DNA of 64,000 nt from Octopus vulgaris (Eukaryota). Below, one piece after another: positions 25,203 through 35,770 of this stretch. Below the pieces are notes generated by a model. It saw only the letters and a list, made by a program, of their open reading frames with translations. It did not search any database and was not told where the DNA came from. The translations under genes were made by a program, and so were the position numbers. The DNA lies in assembly GCA_951406725.2 (NCBI GenBank), contig OX597831.1, positions 55,552,001-55,616,000 on the forward strand, in the 5' to 3' direction. The stretch's first letter is position 1; each line of letters begins with the position of its first letter.

Positions 25203-27337
25203 AAGAGAATGAATGGGAGAAAGAGAGTTTGCCGAATGTCGACCCACCAGAGGGACCAGCTATCCAAATTGACAGTACCTTGGTAGTTAAAGCAATCAAG
25301 AGTATGAAGGCAGGGAAAGCCCCCGGCCCATCACGAATCATTGCAGAGATGCTCAACATATATGGCAGTGTTGGCTATAGCCTAGTCACCCGTATAGTTA
25401 ACCAGGTGATACATGAAGGAGTCATACCCAATGACTGGTGTAGCAGTATAATAGTCAACTGCTACAGAGGTATCAAGTTGCTGGATTAAGTAATGAAGGT
25501 CACAGAGAGGGTCATAGCCCAACTAATCAGAGAGAGAGTTAGTTTAGATGAGATGCAGTTTGGGTTCGTGCCAGGGAAAAGTACCACTGATGCTATATTC
25601 CTGGTAAGACAACTGCAGGAGAAATACCTAGCCAAAGATAAACCTCTGTACCTGGCTTTCGTTGACATGGAGAAAGCCTTTGACAGGGTCCCCTGATCCC
25701 TTATCTGGTGGTCAATGAAGAAACAAGGGATATATGAATGGTTAGTGAGAGCTGTGCGAGCCATGTACAGGGACGCTGTTTGTAAGGTGAGGGTTGGCAA
25801 CGAGTACAGTGAAGAATTCCGGGTAGAGGTTGGGGTCCACCAAGGTTCAGTCCTCAGCCCCCTCCTATATATCATAGTCCTCCAGGCAATAACGGAGGAA
25901 TTCAAGACAGGATGCCCCTGGGAGCTCCTCTATGCAGATGACCTTGATCTAATTGCTGAGTCACTATCAGAACTGGAGGAGAAGTTTCAGGTGTGGAAGC
26001 AAGGATTAGAATCGAAGGGCCCTAGAGTCAACCTAGCTAAAACCAAAGTCCTAATAAGTAGGAAGGTAGACAAATTACAAACGCCTTCAGGTAGATGGCC
26101 CTGCTCGATCTGTAGAAAAGGCGTAGATAGAAACTCTATAAGATGCACCAAGTGTAAGCTATGGACACATAAGAGGTGCAGCAATGTCAAAGGAAGGCTA
26201 ACTAGGAAGATAGTTTTTGTATGTGGCAGATGCTCAGGAGCAATAAACACTGAAAATGCACAAAGACCAATTTCCGCCACATTCCAGGGAGAAAAACTAG
26301 AAATAGTTGATAGCTTCCGTTACCTAGGTGACCAAGTCAGTAGCGGGGGTGGGTGTGCTGAAAGGGTAACTGCTAGAGTAAGAATAGCCTGGGCAAAGTT
26401 CAGAGAGCTCTTACCTCTGCTGGTGACAAAAGGCCTCTTGCTCAGAGTAAAAGGCAGACTGTATGACACATATGTACGAACAGCCATGCTACATGGCAGT
26501 GAAACATGGGCCGTGACTGCTGAGGATATGCGTAAGCTCGCAAGAAATGAAGCCAGTATGCTCCGATGGATGTGTAATGTCAGTGTTCATACTCGACAGA
26601 GTGTAAGTACCTTGAGAGAAAAGTTGGACCTAAGAAGCATCAGTTGTGGTGTGCAAGAGAGACATTTGCGCTGGTATGGTCATGTGGCGAGAATGGATGA
26701 AGATAGTTGTGTGAAAAAGTGCCACACCCTAGCGGTTGAGGGAACCTGTGGAAGAGGTAGACCCAGAAGAACCTAGGACAAGGTGGTGAAGCATGACCTT
26801 CGAACTTTAGGTCTCACTGAGACCTTTGGAAGTATGCTGTGCGTGAGAAGACCCGGCAGGACAAGTGAGACCATAACCTGTGGCCTCTACCTGGGATGCA
26901 GCCAGTCCACTTATGCATACCTTTCCTTCTTGGGACACAAAACTCTACTTGTGAAGGCCTGTTTAGGCAAGTGAAAATCAAAATCGAAATCGATCAACAT
27001 CAATGGAAATTGTAGCTGTGATACCAGTGCCGGTGGCACGTAAGAGAGCCATCCGAACATGGCCGTAGCCAGCGCCGCACCAACTGGCCTCCATGCCGGT
27101 GGCATGTAAGAAGCACCATCCGATCATGGCCGTTGCCAGCCTCATCTGGCACCTGTGCCGGTGGCACGTAAAAAGCACCCACTACACTCACGAAGTGGTT
27201 GGCGTTAGGAAGAGCATCCAGCTGTAGAAACACTGCCAGATCAGACTGGGCCTGGTGCAGCCTTCTGGCTTCCCAGACCCCAGTTGAACCGTCTAACCCA
27301 TGCTAGCATGGAGAGCAGACGTTAAATGATGATGATG
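25203..27337 (+). mobile_element. RTE-clade LINE, 5'-truncated and inactive; RT plus PHD finger; 3' UTR ending in (GAT)n
   Basis: KAPGPS, QFGF, FVDMEKAFDRV, GVHQGSVLSP, LLYADDL, FRYLG motifs; stops at ~25487 and ~25694. Confidence 0.93.
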
Positions 27338-27459
27338 CATATATATATACATATATATACATACATACAAAGTTAATTCAAACATGAAAACACAACAACG
27401 CGAGGTTGTGGAACAAATATAGTATTATTGGATGCTCAGGAAGGAAGGGAAGAAGGAGG

Positions 27460-27494
27460 GTTTAACGTTTCGAGCAGAGCTCTTCGTCAGAAAC
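27460..27494 (-). ncRNA. Minimal type I hammerhead in a ~200-bp cassette (27369-27565) between microsatellites
   Basis: GTTT-CTGACGA-A-GAGC-TCT-GCTC-GAAA-CGTT-AAAC; palindromic AACGTT helix III. Confidence 0.65.
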
Positions 27495-27564
27495 ATAGGA
27501 AAAGGAAAGATCCAGTGAGGGAAGACATTGGGAAAAAAATCGCCAACGATACACACGCAGTCAC

Positions 27565-27759
27565 ATATATACATACATATATATACACATGTATATATAC
27601 ACACATATATATAGACATATATATATATACTCACACATATATATATATATATAGAGAGAGACATATATACGTACATATGTATATACGTACATATATATAT
27701 ATATACATACATATATATATATACATATATATACATACATATATATATATATGCATATA

Positions 27760-27857
<98 letters not shown>

Positions 27858-28049
27858 CATACATATATATATACATACATATATATATACATACATATAT
27901 ATATACATACATATATATACACACATGTATGTATATATATGTATGTGTGTATGTATATATTGTATGCATGTATATATATATTGTATGCATGTATATATAT
28001 ATATATGTATGCATGTATATATATGTATGCATGTATATATGTACGTATA

Positions 28050-28084
<35 letters not shown>

Positions 28085-28137
28085 ATATGCACTTACCACA
28101 AACATATATATACATACAATATATGTGTGTGTGTGTG

Positions 28138-28180
<43 letters not shown>

Positions 28181-28236
28181 ATATGCACTTACGCACAAAC
28201 ACATATATATACATACATATATATGTGTGTGTGTGT

Positions 28237-28292
<56 letters not shown>

Positions 28293-28340
28293 ATATGCCT
28301 ACACGCACGCACATATAGATACACATATACTACACACACA
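27565..28340. repeat. Compound (TA)n/(TACA)n/(TATG)n microsatellite in PSAT1 intron 1
   Basis: Seen directly; source of the spurious YIYI ORFs. Confidence 0.95.
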
Positions 28341-28474
28341 TGCCTGCGCATCTCAACACACCTGAAGTTGTTATTTGTGCATGAGTGTTAGACATTAATT
28401 TAAAATCTCCGTTTGTCTCCAACACGCTAAGATTACAAAAAGAAAAAAAAAAAAGAAGAAATGTCAGTACCCAC

Positions 28475-28531
28475 CTTAAGTGAAATCATAGAAGGGCCAG
28501 CTCCAAAATTTATCTTTCTTGCATTAGACAT
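28475..28531 (-). CDS. PSAT1: Phosphoserine aminotransferase exon 1 (MSNARKINFGAGPSMISLK)
   Basis: ATG at 28531; SerC/PSAT N-terminal NFxAGP motif; donor GTGGGT; phase 0. Confidence 0.93.
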
Positions 28532-28699
28532 TATAAGGATAAAGATAAGAAAGACCGATGAAAAAAGAAAAAAAAGTGATAGATATATGCAAATATGCAA
28601 GTACGACGTTGAAACACAGAAGCTTTTTCGGAACAGAAATTGTACACAAGATTGAAAATGCAACGTGGTTTAAATTAAAACTCTAAAAAGTTTGTTTGC

Positions 28700-28740
28700 A
28701 AAATCACGTGGGTTTTAGCAGTCGAGTCTATTGGGCGAGG
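28700..28740 (-). promoter_or_regulatory. PSAT1 proximal promoter: E-box CACGTG (28705) and CCAAT (28730-28734)
   Basis: Motif matches ~170-200 nt upstream of the ATG in a CpG-richer patch. Confidence 0.35.
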
Positions 28741-29516
28741 ATAGCAGCTGTCTGGGTCTCTAATACTAAAGTAGTAAGAGTCGTAGGAGCTGAGAGCGAC
28801 TGCTTAAATTATGTGCTTTGCTCTCGCTCAAAAGTTTTACGGTTAGTTTAACTTGTCAATAGTAACTTGTTCTTCAAATGAATAGAACATTTTACTTTTT
28901 GTTATTCATTATTCATTTTCCCACTTGGTATAAAGAAAATATTTATTTTCCCACTTGTTGGATTAGTTTTGTTTCTTTTGATTCAATAGCAATATATATA
29001 TAGAGAGAGAGCGATAGCTAGCTAGATAGATATGTATGTACGTATGTATGTGTGTGCATGTGTGTGTCTGTGTTAATGCATACATATGCATTTTGTGTAA
29101 TAGATTGACCTAGCTTCAACATTACTTCCTTGCGTTTGAGTAGGAGACGTCTACCTCATAAAATATTCGATAGCAGTTGCTTTAAATACCGTGGCTGCTG
29201 TCCAATGACTGTAAGAAGTGAAGGGTAAAAAAAAAAAAGAATAGAAACCCACTCATAGGCGCAAACACACACAAGTATATTCCTACTTTTTTGCTTGTTA
29301 CAGGCATTGGATGCAGTTATATTTGTTTTAGACTCTAGTACTTATTCTATCACTTTCTTCCAACCAAACCGCTTTCTTATGAGCATGTAGATAACAAAAC
29401 ATTTAGTCAGTGCCAAGAGACTAATGCACAGATGTACTCACACTCACACACACGTGCGTGTGAGTGTCTAGTTTAAAAGCATACAAAGAATAAACATTGA
29501 CTAAAGGACTCAATGC

Positions 29517-29925
29517 GGATCTTTTCGGTTTGAACGGCAGTTTTTACTAGCGGTGTCATATGAAATTGTCACCCATAATTATGGCCCTAGTATCGATCTA
29601 TTGCATTTCAATCTGTGTTAGGGTTGGGGGAGGGTATCTTTTTTTCTTCACAAATGTAAATAAACCCAATCTGTTTCTTAAACGAGGGACATATTCATAC
29701 GGCACAGAATGTTTTTTTTTACCTCAATGGACGTCAGTGATTGGTTGAAATTGCAGAAATTGAAGAAAAAAACAACAACAAATATCTTACAAAGTATAGA
29801 GTTTTCTCAATAAAGCCAAGAGAAAAAGATGTTTTATAAACACATTCCTACCAGTATACGAAGTTTAAAATTTTTTAGTTACCTAGAAATTATGTTAAAA
29901 ACTGCAGTTCAAACTGAAAAGATCC
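29517..29925. mobile_element. MITE with GG termini and 8-bp TSD (CTCAATGC), Merlin-like
   Basis: TIR GGATCTTTTCgGTTTGAACgGCAGTTTTT; exact TSD at 29509-29516 and 29926-29933. Confidence 0.8.
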
Positions 29926-30007
29926 CTCAATGCATATCCAATATTTGTTATAATTATGATACTCAATATGTATATGTATACACACAAACACGCACGCACA
30001 CACATTA

Positions 30008-30800
30008 AAGGAAAAGGAAAGGAAAACCAAGGCAGGGCGGGCATCTCAGGCTGTTTAGAATATTTAATTAGGGTAAGGTGAATCAAGAAGGGAGAAGCAG
30101 AAGTATTGGGTTGTCCGGAAAGTTCATGCCGATTTTTAAAGGAAAGAAAAAGGTCAATAAATACTTGCCATTACATTTTTAATCAACCAAATATGAACCA
30201 TTTTGTTGCACAATGAGTCTCCATCTTTGCTTGAACTTGAAAATTCCATCTTCCCAGAATTGGGGTGGTCTCAAGGCAAACAATTCATCAAGGTATCTTT
30301 TTACGTCATCCAAGGAATTGAAATTTTTACCATGAAAACTATTCTGCAGTGACCTGAATAAGTGGAAATCCGAAGGAGCAATATCTGGTGAATATGGAGG
30401 GTGGGGTAACACGTCCCAGCCGAGCTCCAGCAATTTTTGTCTGGTTCCCAAAGCATCAAGTGCCGAAAATGAACTTTCTTATCTTCCATTTTAAAGGGTT
30501 ACAAAATTAACACAGGTTATAGGAACATAAACCTTCTTCCATAAAAAGATAGCTTAAACTGTGCTCTAAATGAAGGTGTAGTCAAATCTTATTTTATGGA
30601 CTCAACCATGTTCTAAAATAAGTCGAAAGGTAAGCTACTATAAATCGGCACAAACTTTCCGGACAACCCAATAATTACTTCTATTTCTCCTATTTTCAAT
30701 TTTCCTTCTACTTTTCCTTTTTTGATTCACCTTACTCTAATTAACTACTTTAAATTACCTGAGATGCTCGTTTTGCCTTGGTTTTGTTTTCCTTTTCCTT
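30008..30800. repeat. Foldback element (arms ~30008-30103 and ~30705-30800) hosting the mariner
   Basis: AAACCAAGGCA..GCATCTCAGG..TTAATTAG.GTAAGGTGAATCAA is present in inverted form on the other side. Confidence 0.7.
30106..30671 (-). mobile_element. Internally deleted mariner element
   Basis: TIR TTGGGTTGTCCGGAAAGTT..TGCCGATTT; TA TSD; N-terminus MEDKKVHFRH joined to C-terminal HPPYSPDIAPSDFHLF. Confidence 0.92.
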
Positions 30801-30913
30801 ATCTGCTGACTCGGAAGCCTATTACGGATCCCTAGCTCCAGCCTCAGCTGTGAACTTGGAACTTAACGGATGACCAATTATAGCACTTACACAGCGTATC
30901 TATTGGTTTGGAT

Positions 30914-31297
30914 GGAAGCACTCCGTCGGTTACAACGACGAGGGTTCCGGTTTATCCGAATCAACGGAACAGCCTGCTCGTGAAATTAACGTGTAAGTGG
31001 CTGAACACTCCACAGACACGTGTACCCTTAACGTAGTTCTCGGGGATATTCAGCGTGACACAGAGAGTGACAAGGCCGGCCCTTTGAAATACAGGTACAA
31101 CAGAAACAGGAAGTAAGACTGGGAGAAAGTTGTGGTGAAAGAGTACAGCAGGGATCACCACCATCCCCTGCCGGAGCTTCGGGGAGCTTTAGTTGTTTTC
31201 GCTCAATAAACACTCACAACGCCCGGTCTGGGAATCGAAACCGCGATCCTATGACCGCGAGTCCGCTGCCCTAGCCACTGGGCCATTGCACCTCCAC
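30914..31297 (-). mobile_element. tRNA(Arg)-derived SINE with 16-bp TSD; near-identical copy at 48565-48947
   Basis: A box TGGCCCAGTGG, B box GTTTCGATTCC, TCG anticodon-like loop; TSD ATCTATTGGTTT(G/A)GAT. Confidence 0.85.
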
Positions 31298-31549
31298 ATC
31301 TATTGGTTTAGATCATCAGTGAACTAAACCCCTCATATTATATATGTATGTGTGTGTGTGTGTGTATTTAAATATAGGCGCAGGAGTGGCTGTGTGGTAA
31401 GTAGCTTGCTTACCAACCACATGGCTTTGGGTTCAGTCCCACTACATGGCAACTTGGGCAAGTCTCTTCTACTATAGCCTCAGGCCGACCAAAGCCTTGT
31501 GAGTGGATTTGGTAGACGGAAACTGAAAGAAGCCTGTTGTATGTATGTA

Positions 31550-31584
<35 letters not shown>

Positions 31585-31639
31585 CATTATTGGTGAATTG
31601 AAGAAATGGAGCTGAACGCAGATTGAACAGAAATCGTTT

Positions 31640-31733
31640 TATTTCATTCTACACGTGTTTCGAAAGGCACAAATTACCAAAATCCGATGGAATAATGGGA
31701 CCATATTGTGTCTTTCTCTTCAGGAAGAAAATA
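31640..31733 (-). ncRNA. Type I hammerhead ribozyme (left arm, identical copy)
   Basis: Reverse complement of 33498-33591. Confidence 0.85.
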
Positions 31734-32320
31734 GGAAATCCGTTGGAAAAACAAAAACAGAACAGAGGCGGAGCAAAAACAAATCGAACTATGCTCCTAA
31801 GAGCCCATGGCGAAACTGTTTATCAGTGTATGTTGAGAACCGGTGGCTGAAGAATTCAACGGGTCAGGCATCGGTCAATCATGTGGGTGAGGGGGCGTAG
31901 ATGTTCTTTGTGACCGAGAATAAAGTTCTGACTATTTAAGGAATATTGGATGTTTTATAAGGGGCGAGAAAAAATCTACTTAGAGACGTGTGTGTGTGTA
32001 TACTGTTCTATATACGTGTGTGTTGGCGTAGGGGTAGAAAACATTTTTTGTGTACGTGTGTGCGTTTGATCGTTCGGCTGTCAGTGGCTACTGCCGTGAT
32101 GACCGTTGGGTGGCAGAAAAAAAATATATATATCATGTTTTATGTGTGTGTGTGTTCTCATCTAAGCCTGCCTTGTCAAGGAAACCCCCCGCTGTGAAAA
32201 AACCAAGCCCCGTTTGTCTTACAGGAGTAATTCCCCTTGCAGTGGTTAATCGTAGATATCTTAAAGGCTATTTCAGAATTTGTTGCCAAGGGCTATGGGT
32301 GCCGGTATTATTTATAAACG

Positions 32321-33023
32321 CTATTTAAAAGCCAGATAAGTGTAACGCCGCCAATGGGGGCATCGAAAAGCCGACTGTAAAAGCCCGTTTACCATCCGGC
32401 CTCTGGCAAACAAAATATGGAAGAGTTCGGAGACACAAAGGTTGCACTGCCTTCTGCCCCTATCAAATGGGAGGGCCACCGACAAAATTGACCATTCCAG
32501 CCTGTAGCTTAAGTTCGTATCCTTCAGTCGCCATATTAGCTTACTGAGTCCCGTGGTCTGGCGCTTGTTCATGTCCCGAAAAGTTGCGTAATGGTTGGAG
32601 ACACGCAAAGACAATCTTGAGGATGAGGCCCCTACATAAGTGAAGACATCTGAGTCCGTGTAAACCTTGCATTGGTAGACGGCGTTTTTGATCTTGGAGT
32701 TCGCCGACGTGAATCTAATTCTGCTAGGATTAGTTTCTGAAATTAGAACTGCGTTCCTGTCACTATATTCGTTCCGAGACCTGCAGCCGCTTACTACTCT
32801 ATTTTCCACTACGTCACTATTAACTATAGGAATAACCCCTGATTCTCCACTATCTATCAAAGTGCTGTCATTGCTACTGCCCGTGGTGCTGCTATTGCGG
32901 GAAATGATGCTGGGGATGCTATTGGGGCTCTCTACCCTACTCCCATTGTTACCGTCAACCACAACACCCCTATTTATAACTATACCCCTAGTGGGTACTC
33001 CCTGGCTGGAGCTGAGATTATGT
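32321..33023 (-). CDS. GIY-YIG endonuclease domain of a PLE (Neptune-like), N-terminally truncated, no ATG upstream of the domain
   Basis: AVYQC...TYVGAS...LR..NH...LSKLIWxLK...WSIL...CNLCxxE...N...CPH pattern; frame stays open up to the inversion junction. Confidence 0.85.
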
Positions 33024-33497
33024 GTTTTTTCACAGCGGGGGGTTTCCTTGACAAGGCAGGCTTAGATGAGAACACACACACACATAAAACATGATATATA
33101 TATTTTTTTTTTCTGCCACCCAACGGTCATCACGGCAGTAGCCACTGACAGCCGAACGATCAAACGCACACACGTACACAAAAAATGTTTTCTACCCCTA
33201 CGCCAACACACACGTATATAGAACAGTATACACACACACACACGTCTCTAAGTAGATTTTTTCTCGCCCCTTATAAAACATCCAATATTCCTTAAATAGT
33301 CAGAACTTTATTCTCGGTCACAAAGAACATCTACGCCCCCTCACCCACATGATTGACCGATGCCTGACCCGTTGAATTCTTCAGCCACCGGTTCTCAACA
33401 TACACTGATAAACAGTTTCGCCATGGGCTCTTAGGAGCATAGTTCGATTTGTTTTTGCTCCGCCTCTGTTCTGTTTTTGTTTTTCCAACGGATTTCC

Positions 33498-33591
33498 TAT
33501 TTTCTTCCTGAAGAGAAAGACACAATATGGTCCCATTATTCCATCGGATTTTGGTAATTTGTGCCTTTCGAAACACGTGTAGAATGAAATA
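33498..33591 (+). ncRNA. Type I hammerhead ribozyme (right arm)
   Basis: CTGAAGA 33508-33514; stem II GAAAGACACAA/TTGTGCCTTTC; GAAA 33570; palindromic helix III ACACGTGT; GUA cleavage after 33581; helix I TTTCTTC/GAATGAAA. Confidence 0.85.
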
Positions 33592-33923
33592 AAACGATTT
33601 CTGTTCAATCTGCGTTCAGCTCCATTTCTTCAATTCACCAATAATGTTCTAATTTCAATTATCCGCACCAACGCACGGTTGCAACACCATATGGTTGTAC
33701 CTCCAACCGTGCTGTTTTACTGCTGTGATTTTTGCTACTAAGGTATCGGTTAAACTTTTGATTAATCTACTACAAGATTATTCATCTTTCTATTTCACAT
33801 ATATATATATATATATATATATTGGTAAAAACGGTAAGATAACAAAAGAAAGAAAGAGAACTCAATATTATGTAAATAGTGGAAATTTATTTATAAAATA
33901 ATATGTTACAATTACTCAATAGT

Positions 33924-33989
33924 CAAGATAAAACTCTGAGTTTCAGATGCCGAAGTGGAAATCCACAACACTATCTCTTCGGTTATCTA
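33924..33989 (-). ncRNA. Variant/degenerate hammerhead (CCGAAGA core)
   Basis: AGATAA-CCGAAGA-stem II-GAAA-CTCAGAG-TT-TTATCT; 6-bp helix I; near-palindromic helix III. Confidence 0.5.
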
Positions 33990-35019
33990 GCCATCTGAAA
34001 AAACGCTATGAAAAAATACCGTTATATAAAGGGAAATTACTGTGTTATATTTATGCTACTTATATAAAATAAGATTAAAATTTCATAGTAAAACACGTAA
34101 ACATGGCTAGTCATACGCTCACATGTGCGCTCGCGGACCTACGTGCGTACTTATACGTCACTATGAAAACGTACACATCTTCACTCGCATTTTTCGCCAA
34201 ATATATACGCATATATATACAACCTCATACACACACACACATGCGTACTGTAAAAGTGCATACATGCGTCTATATACGCACAAGCACAAGAAAAACCATG
34301 GTTAAAGGTAACAGAAAAAAACATAAGGAAGTATACAAAGCATAAAAACCACGTTCATATACGGACATGCCCTTATGTACTCATACACACACACGCCCAT
34401 ATATGTACATACCCGCACATGTTTATATACGCATACATACACACACATATACGAAAAATGAAGATACATATGCCCCCCCCCAAAAAAAAACCCTAAAAAA
34501 ATGGAAAAATACTAAGTAAAAACGTCTATATATATATGCATTCTTATGCCCGCACACACGCACACATCTAAAACTGCCCATTCATATATATTCACACATA
34601 TATGTGTGTGTGTGTTTGTCCCCCCAACATTACTTGACAACCGATGCTGGTGCGTTTACGACCCCGTAACTTAGCAGTTCAGCAAAAGAGAAAGATAGAA
34701 TAAGTACTAGGCTTACAAAGAATAAGTCCTGGGGTCGATTTGCTTGACTAAAGGCGTCGCTCCAGCATGGCCACAGTCAAATGACTGAAACAAGTAAAAG
34801 AGGTTTAAGTAACCTCATTAACGGATAGAAAATATCCAATGAAATACTGGTTTGTTATCCATTATTTTGTTGTGAATAGTAATGTTCCTAAAATAATAGG
34901 TTTAAATATAAGTCTTGGTTTATAGATATTCAAATTAAAATCCAGAAAATGAGGAATTAGCATTAATATAATTTAATGCTATATATTTCTGGGTTTTAAT
35001 TTGGATATATATATATATA

Positions 35020-35536
35020 TGTTAGAAGAAATGAGGTACTCAGAAATCTGGATGATTTTATATTTACAGATATTTATTAGTCTGTTACATGTTTTTATAA
35101 ATCATATATCATATATTAGCGCTTTCGTCCACTCTGGTGGAGTTTTCAAATTGAACTATTGCAGGAATTTTCACTCTTTTTATAGTATTATTGAGTGTGT
35201 AGGGGTGGGGAGAGATATAAGATAGTACAAGAGGGTGAGGGATGGGGAGAAAGTGAGAGAGAGGAGCATGGGTGTGTGTGTGTGTGTTTGTATCTGGTGT
35301 TAAAGATGTTAAAGTAAAAGAAGGAAAGGAAGGAGAGAAAGAAGAAAAAAATTTGTTGATATCTTTGTAGCTGGTCAGTTTGTCAATAATAAGTGATTCT
35401 TGGCTTTTAGCAATGGCAAATACAGCTGTTCACTCCAAGAGGGGCAAAATGTCACTTTTCAAAAAATTGTCTGGATTTCCTTTTTATCATTGTCTTGTGA
35501 GGGAGAATGTGTGTGTGTGTGTGTGTATGTGCGTGC

Positions 35537-35573
<37 letters not shown>

Positions 35574-35716
35574 TATCTGAAAGGGGTGATAAAGGAAAAG
35601 AAGGAAAGGAAGGAGAGAAAATTTGTTGATATCTCTGCAGCTGGTCAGTTTGTCAGTAATAATCGATTCTTGGCTTTTAGTAATGGCAAATCCAGCAGTT
35701 CACTCCAAGGGGGGCA
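35020..35716 (-). mobile_element. Decayed PLE-like 3' end: degenerate hammerhead (35113-35152) and two tandem ~140-bp copies resembling a GIY-YIG C-terminus
   Basis: TTGAAAA-CTCCAC..GTGGAC-GAAA-GCGC-TA; duplicated units translate to ...LTSCRDINKF; bounded by (TA)n. Confidence 0.4.
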
Positions 35717-35726
35717 ATATATATAT

Positions 35727-35770
<44 letters not shown>

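Larger units (their letters stand above)
31583..33798. mobile_element. Penelope-like element (PLE), 5'-truncated and inverted: arms 31583-32203 and 33024-33648, unique core 32204-33023, extra tail to 33798, flanked by (TA)n
   Basis: ~620-bp inverted repeats differing, by eye, only in microsatellite/homopolymer length; GIY-YIG frame in the core; hammerhead in each arm. Confidence 0.88.

Noticed and set aside
27425-28351. Long YIYI/IYMY ORFs (up to 308 aa)
   Set aside because: Translations of a stop-free microsatellite, not genes.
31225-31297. tRNA-like sequence
   Set aside because: It is a SINE head with body and TSD, not a tRNA gene.
31623-33608. Duplicated 75- and 81-aa ORFs in the inverted arms
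   Set aside because: Non-ATG starts and no recognisable domain; they overlap the antisense strand of the hammerhead and only reflect arm identity.
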